Source of the DNA: Chloroflexota bacterium
GTDB lineage: Bacteria > Chloroflexota > Anaerolineae > Anaerolineales > UBA11579
Length of the DNA stretch: 64,000 bases
Direction of reading: 5' to 3'
Assembly (NCBI GenBank): GCA_009391835.1
Contig: QWJF01000007.1
Span: 722 to 64,721, forward strand
Both the position numbers and the translations under genes were made by a program. Below, one piece after another: positions 17,795 through 25,066 of the stretch (positions are counted from its first letter, which is position 1; every line of letters starts with the position of its first letter). The notes under the pieces are model-generated. The model worked only from the letters and a program-made list of their open reading frames with translations, ran no database searches and was not told the DNA's origin.

Positions 17795-19138
17795 TTGAAT
17801 ATGATTATGATATTATTTTCACAAATGGGTTCCTCCCGACGTAAATCCGCTTCATCCGCTTTTGCCCTTTCCCATGACGTTCAAGAGCAAACGGAGGCCG
17901 ATGCTTTCCTGAGTCATCTCGGCGAATTGAAAGACCTTCACCGCGACGCACTGGTTATTGCTTGGGAGAACTTGCTCTCAGGAATGGAGATTAGGAGCAT
18001 TGAAGGGGGAGGTGAAAAGCTCGTATTGAACGCTGGCATGCGTAATTTCCGCGAACCTTGGGCCCGCGATTTTGGCTTTGCCAGTTACGGACTACTGGCC
18101 GTGAAGGAGTTCAAAGTGGTCCGTGAAACGATTGAAACTTTTTTGCGCTTTCAGAAAGAGGATGGCCAGTTTCCCATTAAGGTCTTCTCCAACAACACAT
18201 TCTGGCGCACAGTCCACTCCGTTCTGGATCTTCCTCAACCCACGCATCGACCTCTTCGCCCGCGTTATGTCTCAGGCCACAATAGCATATCTCCTGACGG
18301 CAATGCTCTCCTCATAAGCGCCGTCTTAAACTATGCTATCCAGAGCCGCGACGAAGTTTTTCTTAAGAGGCATTGGCACAGCCTTGAGCAAGCCATCCGC
18401 TGGCTGAAAGCCCAGGCGCCTGACGACGATGGTCTCATTGTTCAAGGACCATTTAGCGATTGGGCCGATACGATTGGCCGCACAGGCAAAATCCTCTATA
18501 CCAATGTGGTCTATTGGAAAGCTCTCCACGATATGGCACGGGCCGCCAAGGGTTTTGGCTTGGATGCCAAACACGCCGAATTTTCTGCACGATCCACCCA
18601 AATTAGCGCTTCGCTGCAAACCCAATTCTGGCGTGAGGATCTCGGTTACTGCGTTACGAGCCGTGAATTCGATAACTTGAATACCAGTGGCAACCTCTTG
18701 GCAATCTGCTGGGGTTGCCTTTCCCCACAACAATCCAATCGCGCGCTCGACAAAATCAAAGAATTTGGCCTCGATTATCCTGTCCCCACCAAACCTGTAA
18801 ACTTTGGCTATCCCCGCCGGATGATCGCGTTGGAGGCCCGTCTGGGCCGCTTTCCTTATTATCACGTGAACGCCGCTTGGCTATGGCTAGGTAGCTTGAA
18901 TGTGATTGCCTTAGCCAGTGTTGGTCGCTTCCCAGAATCTGAGGAATTGCTGGATCGGCTTGCCAGCCTCATCGTGCGCGATAAGGTCGTATATGAGGTT
19001 TATAAAGAGAATGGAAAACCTTTCTCCAATCTTTTGTACAAATCTGAAGCCCCCCTCACCTGGAGTGCGGGTATGATTATTTACTGCTTTCACCAACACC
19101 ACCGCCACCTCCATTCCGAGACCTCGCAAAACTCTTAA
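17795..19138 (+). CDS. six-hairpin glycoside hydrolase, amylo-alpha-1,6-glucosidase (GDE_C) like
   Basis: Motifs NFREPWARDFGFASYGLL and SDWADTIGRTGKILYTNVVYWKAL resemble the GDE_C family. Which ATG/TTG is the start is uncertain. Confidence 0.65.
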   Translation: MNMIMILFSQMGSSRRKSASSAFALSHDVQEQTEADAFLSHLGELKDLHRDALVIAWENLLSGMEIRSIEGGGEKLVLNAGMRNFREPWARDFGFASYGLLAVKEFKVVRETIETFLRFQKEDGQFPIKVFSNNTFWRTVHSVLDLPQPTHRPLRPRYVSGHNSISPDGNALLISAVLNYAIQSRDEVFLKRHWHSLEQAIRWLKAQAPDDDGLIVQGPFSDWADTIGRTGKILYTNVVYWKALHDMARAAKGFGLDAKHAEFSARSTQISASLQTQFWREDLGYCVTSREFDNLNTSGNLLAICWGCLSPQQSNRALDKIKEFGLDYPVPTKPVNFGYPRRMIALEARLGRFPYYHVNAAWLWLGSLNVIALASVGRFPESEELLDRLASLIVRDKVVYEVYKENGKPFSNLLYKSEAPLTWSAGMIIYCFHQHHRHLHSETSQNS

Positions 19139-19179
19139 GGCAAGAGAAACTAAGACAAGATAGGGAGGCCGGAGATTCG

Positions 19180-20349
19180 ATGCGTATCGCCCAATTTACG
19201 AATACATATCACCCCAGCATTAGTGGTGTCGTACGCTCCGTTGCTGGTTTCCGCCAAGCCCTTACGGAACTCGGAAACAACGTCTTCGTCTTTACGCAGG
19301 ATGCTGCCGATTATGAAGATCAAGAGCCTTTCATCTTTCGCTATATCTCTCTAAACCTTGGCCTACCCAACCAGTTTCCCGCCACCATTCCCATCTCGCC
19401 TTTTATGGATCGCCTCATCCCAGCCCTCAAGCTGGACGTGATCCACGCCCACCATCCCATCCTTCTTGGCCAAATCGCTGCCAACAAAGCCCAGGAACTG
19501 AACATTCCCCTGGTTTTCACCTTTCATACTCGTTACCGGGAATACAGCCACTACATCCCAATCCCACAGGATGCCGTGCAGGATTTTCTGAAGGGCGCCA
19601 TTGACCTTTGGCTCAAAGATTTCATCAAGCAGTGCGACCAAATCGTGGTGCCCTCCGAAAGCATGCGCCAGGTTCTCGCCGAACACTATGATTACACAGA
19701 CGATCTCACCGTTGTCCCAACCGGCATTGATCTGCGCCCCTATGGTTCCGCAGATGGGGAGTCAATTCGCGCGCAGCACGGTTGGCAAGATGACATCATC
19801 ATTGTGTCGGTGGGTCGCTTGGCCTCCGAAAAAAATTGGCCCACCTTGCTGGAAGCCGTCGCCAAAGTCCATCCCAAGCATCCCAAACTACGCCTGGTAA
19901 TCATTGGCGATGGGCCGGATAGCCGCAAGTTGAAGAAGATGCCCAAAAAGTTGGGCATCGCCGATCGCGTTAATTTTCTTGGCAAGTTACCCTTTGATGC
20001 CATTCCCAGCTACCTGAAAGCCAGCAACTTATTTGCCTTTGCCTCCACCACCGAAACCCAGGGACTCGTCACACTTGAAGCGATGGCCGCTGGCCTTCCC
20101 GTGGTTGCTGTTGATGCGATTGGCACCCGCGATGTCGTTGTCCACGAAAAAGATGGGCTGCTCACCGAAGACGATAGCGCCGCGCTCGCCGCCGCGATTG
20201 ATCGCATGCTCTCAGACCCCAATCTGCTTGAGCATTACCGCGCTGCCTCACTGGAAAAAGCTAAGTCTCTTGAATTTTCCCGCCAAGCCAAAAAGCTTGT
20301 CAAAGTATATGAAGAAGTGATTGAGCGTAAGAAACGCGCAAACAAATAG
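19180..20349 (+). CDS. GT4 glycosyltransferase, diacylglycerol glycosyltransferase-like
   Basis: MRIAQFTNTYHPSISGVVRSV.. The N-terminus is typical of GT4 glycolipid synthases. C-terminal EX7E-type region (ETQGLVTLEAMAAGLPVVA). Confidence 0.8.
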   Translation: MRIAQFTNTYHPSISGVVRSVAGFRQALTELGNNVFVFTQDAADYEDQEPFIFRYISLNLGLPNQFPATIPISPFMDRLIPALKLDVIHAHHPILLGQIAANKAQELNIPLVFTFHTRYREYSHYIPIPQDAVQDFLKGAIDLWLKDFIKQCDQIVVPSESMRQVLAEHYDYTDDLTVVPTGIDLRPYGSADGESIRAQHGWQDDIIIVSVGRLASEKNWPTLLEAVAKVHPKHPKLRLVIIGDGPDSRKLKKMPKKLGIADRVNFLGKLPFDAIPSYLKASNLFAFASTTETQGLVTLEAMAAGLPVVAVDAIGTRDVVVHEKDGLLTEDDSAALAAAIDRMLSDPNLLEHYRAASLEKAKSLEFSRQAKKLVKVYEEVIERKKRANK

Positions 20350-20371
20350 AGCAACAGCCGCCTTGCCCCAA

Positions 20372-21154
20372 ATGATTGATCCCGAGTTACTGGAATTGCT
20401 GGCGGATCCACTCACTCACCATCCGCTGCAACTGCAGGGCCGTCAGCTCATAAACCAGACTGCAAACCGCGTCTTTCCCATTCGAAAAGGGGGTGTGCCC
20501 AGCTTTGTCACCGCATCAGCTGTGCCCCTCCGCCATCATTTGTGGCGCGCTTTTTATGATCGCACTGCCTTCGCATACGACGTAGTTCTTGATCTAGGCC
20601 ATCGCCTGCATCTAGGAGCTGAGCCAGGTATCCGATCCTACCTGTTCAGCGACCTCGATGTTCCGGCTGCCACTACCATCCTGGATATCGGCGCAGGAAC
20701 CGCCGCCAACCGCACCCACCTTCCCGCTGGTGCCACTTATGTCGGGTTGGATCCCTCGCTAGGGATGCTGCAGCGCGCCCGTAAGCGGCTAACCAGAGCG
20801 AACCTTCACGGCCATCTAGTGCACGCCGATGCGCTCAGTTTGCCCTTCAAACCCGATCGCTTCAATCTGATCGTCTGTATGGGCGTCTTGCAGCATCTCA
20901 GCCATCCATTCCGCGCGGTCAGCGAAATGCGCCGCGTCGCCCAGCAAGCATGCATCATTTTGCTCTTAGACGAGATATCCAGCTTACCAGCCACCCTCAA
21001 ACATCTCAAGAAAAAGTTTCCAGGTTCATCTGCTGCCATGCCTAAACTCAATGCACTTAGTGAAATCCTCTTTCCTGAGACACTCCCGTACTCAGTGAAA
21101 ACCAGCCTCCTTGGAGATTACTATCTGCTTGAGGCTACCCAAACCAATCTCTAA
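20372..21154 (+). CDS. Trm112-like N-terminal segment fused to class I SAM methyltransferase
   Basis: ATG 20372 lies downstream of the GT4 stop. LLELLADPLTHHPLQL..FPIRKGGVPSFV, then ILDIGAGTAAN and the LDPSLGML motifs. Confidence 0.7.
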   Translation: MIDPELLELLADPLTHHPLQLQGRQLINQTANRVFPIRKGGVPSFVTASAVPLRHHLWRAFYDRTAFAYDVVLDLGHRLHLGAEPGIRSYLFSDLDVPAATTILDIGAGTAANRTHLPAGATYVGLDPSLGMLQRARKRLTRANLHGHLVHADALSLPFKPDRFNLIVCMGVLQHLSHPFRAVSEMRRVAQQACIILLLDEISSLPATLKHLKKKFPGSSAAMPKLNALSEILFPETLPYSVKTSLLGDYYLLEATQTNL

Positions 21155-21229
21155 CAAATAACAAATCTGTTAAGCCAAACAAGCCATAAACCTGATATTC
21201 TCCGTGAAATAGTTCACACGTGGGGTTAT

Positions 21230-21604
21230 ATGGCAATTATCCTGATAGTAGAAGACGTTCCCGAGAGCGCCCAAATGGCTGCCACCATCCTGAAGCGCTA
21301 CGGACACGAACCGCTCATCGCCGATACTGGCCAGCGCGGTCTCGATTTGATTGAAGAAAAAATTCCCGATCTCATCATATTCGATTACATGCTTCCCGAC
21401 CTGGACGCTGGGGATTTTATTAGACAGCTCCGTGCGCAGGATTCGCATGCACAAATCCCCCTTATTGCCTGCAGTGCTAGCCCGCGATCCCTGATCGAGA
21501 AATCAGTCGGCCCCACCGGGTTTACAGATTTCATCCGCAAGCCCTATCGCGTCAGCTTCTTTATGGAGGTAGTTGAACGTCACGCTGCCACATCTTCCAG
21601 ATAG
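21230..21604 (+). CDS. stand-alone response regulator receiver (CheY-like)
   Basis: IVEDVP acidic pair, DLIIFDYMLPDLDAG phospho-acceptor region, ACSAS, and IRKPY. Confidence 0.85.
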   Translation: MAIILIVEDVPESAQMAATILKRYGHEPLIADTGQRGLDLIEEKIPDLIIFDYMLPDLDAGDFIRQLRAQDSHAQIPLIACSASPRSLIEKSVGPTGFTDFIRKPYRVSFFMEVVERHAATSSR

Positions 21605-21685
21605 CGGTCAGCCCAGTAAAGGGCCACATACAGTAAAATAATTTTGCGCATGCCTGGGTGACCCCCTCACCTGGGTGTGCGCAAT

Positions 21686-21718
21686 AAAAAGGCAGCAGGA
21701 TATCCTGCTGCCTTTTTA
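21686..21718. terminator. bidirectional intrinsic terminator
   Basis: 22-nt palindrome GGCAGCAGGATATCCTGCTGCC flanked by AAAAA and TTTTT. Confidence 0.8.
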
Positions 21719-21734
21719 TTTAGTTCTTAAGCTG

Positions 21735-22006
21735 TTATCGGTTTCGCGCCAGCAAGCTGACCACAGCCACAAACAACGCCGATCCCATGATCGACCAGAG
21801 CACCGGGAAGTCCTCGCCCCCCACGTCCAGCACAAGCAGCGCGGGCAAGCCCAGGTTGCGTGCCAGCCAGACGCCGATTACCGCGCCGATAAAACCGACG
21901 GCGATGGAAACTAGGCATCCGCCACGCATGTAGCCCGCTATCCCTTGGCCGATGGACCAGCCAGGCCAGCGATTACCAAAAGCAGTAGAAGTTCAATTAG
22001 TGCCAT
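21735..22006 (-). pseudogene. GlsB/YeaQ/YmgE (transglycosylase-associated) family membrane protein, apparently frameshifted
   Basis: Frame A: ATG 22006 gives MALIELLLLLVIAGLAGPSAKG, then TAG at 21938-21940. Frame B continues ..WSIGQGIAGYMRGGCLVSIAVGFIGAVIGVWL.. to 21735. Together they make a full-length family member. The ORF track shows only the 64-aa distal part. Confidence 0.6.
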
Positions 22007-22034
22007 ATGTATCCTTCTACTTGAGAAAAATCGT

Positions 22035-22364
22035 TTATCCCCTACGGCTCATGATCAAGTGCATCAGCTCAACCAAACCCCAGGCTAATAGCAGATAAAC
22101 AATCATTGCAATCAAGGAAGATATTTCCATAACGATGCCGTCAGCCGAAGGTGTTGCCGTCAGGCTCACAAAAGGCCATAGAAAGATATCGGTCAACGAG
22201 TAGACAAAGCTGGCAAAAGGATTGTTCGGATTTGCTGCCATCAGCTTCAGCAGCACCCGCAAGCCAATTGCGCCTTCCAGCAAGCCTGTCGCCCACCAGA
22301 TAAACTGCGTAACCTTGCTCAACACGAGTCGGCGCACGGCATCTGTTTGAGTCGAAGTGGTCAT
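22035..22364 (-). CDS. yggT: YggT family membrane protein
   Basis: LRVLLKLMAANPNNPFASFVYSLTDIFLWPF matches the YGGT repeat pattern. Confidence 0.7.
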   Translation of the reverse strand: MTTSTQTDAVRRLVLSKVTQFIWWATGLLEGAIGLRVLLKLMAANPNNPFASFVYSLTDIFLWPFVSLTATPSADGIVMEISSLIAMIVYLLLAWGLVELMHLIMSRRG

Positions 22365-22418
22365 CGAAACCTCCTGACAATTTCCAGAGTAGTAATGATT
22401 ATGTTGGTCGACAAGTTC

Positions 22419-22652
22419 TTACCGGAGTACGCCACCCAGGGCAACAACTACCAGCAGGACGATGATCAGGATCAACAGCGTGTTCTGGGAAATCGCCCCA
22501 CCGCCGCCTTCTCCGCCTGAACCCTCTCCGCCACCAAGATCCAAATTGATTGCGCCTTCTCCGCTTACGCTTCCGCACGCGGTAAGCAGCAAGCTGAAGA
22601 CCACCAGCAGGCTGAGGGCTCGAAACAAAGTGGTATTACGAGTTAGAAACAT
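22419..22652 (-). CDS. small lipoprotein with Gly/Glu-rich spacer and C-terminal TM helix
   Basis: Lipobox LLLTAC-G, the spacer GGGEGSGGEGGGG, then LLILIIVLLVVVALGG. Confidence 0.55.
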   Translation of the reverse strand: MFLTRNTTLFRALSLLVVFSLLLTACGSVSGEGAINLDLGGGEGSGGEGGGGAISQNTLLILIIVLLVVVALGGVLR

Positions 22653-22840
22653 TTTTCCTCCGTAACACTAGTATGGGTCGATGTGTTTTGGGAAGCCCTT
22701 TCTGCCTTCCAGAGCCGCCCGCCACAATAAACGCAATCTGCGCGAATTTGTTACGAAGCATCAAAGCATGAGACATTCCCCTATAGCTATCTGCCCTGCT
22801 GTGACCCAAAATTTAACTACGGGAAGCCGGCCAGCACCGC

Positions 22841-23401
22841 ATGACAATCAATTCAACCGCTTTGGATGAAAAGCAGTTATTGCAGAACGCCATCAATGGC
22901 GATCAGCAAGCTTTCGCCAGCATCTACGATACCTATGTCGATGAGATCTACCGCTTTATCTATTTTCGCGTGGAGGATCAGCCCACCGCCGAGGACATAA
23001 CTTCAACAGTCTTTCTCAGAGCCTGGGAAAATCTGGGTGGCTTTGAGATCCGCAAGGCCCCATTCAAAGCCTGGATTTACCACATCGCCCGCAACGCGGT
23101 GATAGATCACTACCGCGCCAGTAAAAGTAACACCTCGCTGGAAGCAATTCATAACGTTGCCGATGCTGGCGCCACCAGTGTCACACAGCCTGTGGAAACG
23201 CTAGTGGAGGGTGAAAAGCTGGCAAAATTGCTGCCCGAATTAACTGAAGATCAGCGTAACGTTTTAGTGCTCAAATTCGTTCAAGGATATAGCAAGAAGG
23301 AAGTGGCCGATGCCTTAGGCAAACGCCAGGGGGCGATTCGAGCCTTGCAGATGCGTGCGCTGCAAGCGCTGGCCCAACTGATGGAGATGCACGATGAATG
23401 A
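22841..23401 (+). CDS. ECF (sigma-70 family group 4) sigma factor
   Basis: Region 2 (IYRFIYFRV..AEDITSTVFLRAW) and region 4 (VLVLKFVQGYSKKEVADALGKRQGAIRALQMRA). Confidence 0.9.
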   Translation: MTINSTALDEKQLLQNAINGDQQAFASIYDTYVDEIYRFIYFRVEDQPTAEDITSTVFLRAWENLGGFEIRKAPFKAWIYHIARNAVIDHYRASKSNTSLEAIHNVADAGATSVTQPVETLVEGEKLAKLLPELTEDQRNVLVLKFVQGYSKKEVADALGKRQGAIRALQMRALQALAQLMEMHDE

Positions 23402-23789
23402 ACTGCAAAAGGCGCTGGAAGGCTGCTTGGAGTTAATCACACATGAAAGCATCAGTATAGAAGAAGCTCTGGAACATTATCCGCAAGTCGTCAATGAGGA
23501 AAGGCCCCTGTTGATCGCAGCCCAATCTTTAGGCACCTTAAAAGGAATACAGCCCAGCGCTGAATATAAAAAGAAAGCCCGTGCTCAGCTTGTCCAGCGG
23601 ATGGGCTTGCATGGCGCGCCTGCAAGGTCCGCGTCTTCCTCTTTTGAAGCGGCCAGCTTGTGGCCGAAACTCCGCGCAACGGCTGTCATGCGTACGGCAA
23701 CCAGCCTTGCGATGGTGTTGCTGCTTTTCATTACTACGGGAACTGCTTTTGCCCAGCGCGCGCTCCCCGGAGATTTTCTGTATCTCTGA
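23394..23789 (+). CDS. anti-sigma factor, N-terminal cytoplasmic part plus TM helix (terminated by TGA 23787-23789)
   Basis: 8-nt overlap with the sigma gene. TM helix SLAMVLLLFITTGTAFA. It ends inside the conserved ..ALPGDFLYL motif that opens DUF5667-type extracytoplasmic domains. Confidence 0.7.
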   Translation: MNELQKALEGCLELITHESISIEEALEHYPQVVNEERPLLIAAQSLGTLKGIQPSAEYKKKARAQLVQRMGLHGAPARSASSSFEAASLWPKLRATAVMRTATSLAMVLLLFITTGTAFAQRALPGDFLYL

Positions 23790-23858
23790 AAACTCACCAC
23801 AGAGCAAGTCTGGCTAACCATCACCCGTGACAAATTCATCGGCCAATCCAACATTATC

Positions 23859-24236
23859 ATGCGTCGCTTGGATGAATTGATCGCCGTGTACGGTAATCAA
23901 ACGCCAGAGGCGTCTTCCCTTGAGGCTTATCTTTTCTCTATTCGCAGCCTCGATCTTGTATCTAATCAGCAAAACTACGCACTCTCAATTGAAACGTTGC
24001 GCGCCCAGGAACAAATCCTGCGCGATGCCGACATTACATTCCCCGAATTGCAGGATCTACCCGGTCTCTTGAATGATCCGGGGGCGGGCACTAATCCCGA
24101 GGAAAAATTAGACGAGGGTGCCATACAAGTCCCCGATCAGGGCAATGCCCCTCATGACCCGGCCGACGACGAAACGAACCAATCATCCCTACAAGGCTCC
24201 ACAGCCACCTTGGTACCCGATTCCTCCCTCCCCTAA
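23859..24236 (+). CDS. continuation of the anti-sigma extracytoplasmic domain in the same frame (first ATG 23859; frame open from 23790)
   Basis: (23859-23394) is divisible by 3. Codons 23790-23858 read KLTTEQVWLTITRDKFIGQSNII with no stop. Confidence 0.5.
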   Translation: MRRLDELIAVYGNQTPEASSLEAYLFSIRSLDLVSNQQNYALSIETLRAQEQILRDADITFPELQDLPGLLNDPGAGTNPEEKLDEGAIQVPDQGNAPHDPADDETNQSSLQGSTATLVPDSSLP

Positions 24237-24352
24237 ATTACTTCCCATATAGGAGAAGAGTACTATAGGGGATTTCCCCTACAAGCCCTATAATCTAGCT
24301 CCAACCACTATCCAACCAAACGCTAACAAGTTTGGTAGATCGTAGTTTTACA

Positions 24353-25018
24353 ATGGACAAAGAATTTAAACTCGGCAGCATTCGCAGATATGCATTCGCT
24401 CTTTCCGTTCCCCTGTTTTGGATGGGCGGAATTTCGATGTCTGGAGCCTCCGCATCCGCTGCCAAGCAAGCCTCCGATCTTCAGTTCATTCCTGTGGCCC
24501 TGCACGCCTCACATGCAGCCAATTATGGAACCGATAACGCAGCGCTAACCTTTGCTCCATTGGATATGAGCGTGATCCACTCCGTTATGGAAGATCACTC
24601 GATGAACGCCGCTCAAGTAGAAATCATTTTACAAACTATCGATCAGCAAATCGAATCCACCACAACCAATTCGAACGACAAAGAATCAGACGAAGAAACC
24701 GGCGGACGCAGCCAGGAAACTCAAACCTCCAATTCGCCCTCCCAGAATACGAGTAGCACCCCAACAAACTCGGGCAGCAGCAACGCCACGAACGAAGCCG
24801 ACAATGGGAATGGCAACGCCTACGACTACGACAAGAACGATGACAAAGTCAAAGACGATGACAAGGTCAAAGACGACAAAGACAACAAAGACAGCAACAC
24901 TGGCAATGGCGGCGGCAACAGCAACAATGGCAATAGCGGAAAAGATAAAGAGAAAAACAAAAATAAGGATGACGTTCAAGCCGCTATTTTGAATTACCTG
25001 GCCCGCCTGGCTGTTTGA
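24353..25018 (+). CDS. secreted low-complexity Asn/Asp/Lys/Ser-rich protein
   Basis: N-terminal hydrophobic segment (YAFALSVPLFWMGGISMSGASASA), and a C-terminal half that is STN-rich and then DDKVKD/NGN-rich. Confidence 0.55.
   Translation: MDKEFKLGSIRRYAFALSVPLFWMGGISMSGASASAAKQASDLQFIPVALHASHAANYGTDNAALTFAPLDMSVIHSVMEDHSMNAAQVEIILQTIDQQIESTTTNSNDKESDEETGGRSQETQTSNSPSQNTSSTPTNSGSSNATNEADNGNGNAYDYDKNDDKVKDDDKVKDDKDNKDSNTGNGGGNSNNGNSGKDKEKNKNKDDVQAAILNYLARLAV
24839..24874 (+). repeat. 2 x 18-bp tandem coding repeat (DDKVKD)
   Basis: GATGACAAAGTCAAAGAC followed by GATGACAAGGTCAAAGAC, read directly. Confidence 0.8.
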
Positions 25019-25033
25019 TACTAAACCTATCTA

Positions 25034-25066
25034 AAACAGAAGCGGTGGCTGACGCCACCGCTTTTT
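25034..25066. terminator. bidirectional intrinsic terminator
   Basis: Stem AGCGGTGGC/GCCACCGCT with TTTTT. The T-run overlaps the stop of the convergent HD-GYP gene. Confidence 0.8.

Noticed and set aside
23787-23789. Reading the in-frame TGA of the anti-sigma gene as selenocysteine or as a recoded sense codon
   Set aside because: No hairpin resembling a bacterial SECIS is evident immediately downstream. The position is not a redox Cys site. Several neighbouring genes clearly terminate at TGA, so genome-wide TGA reassignment is excluded.
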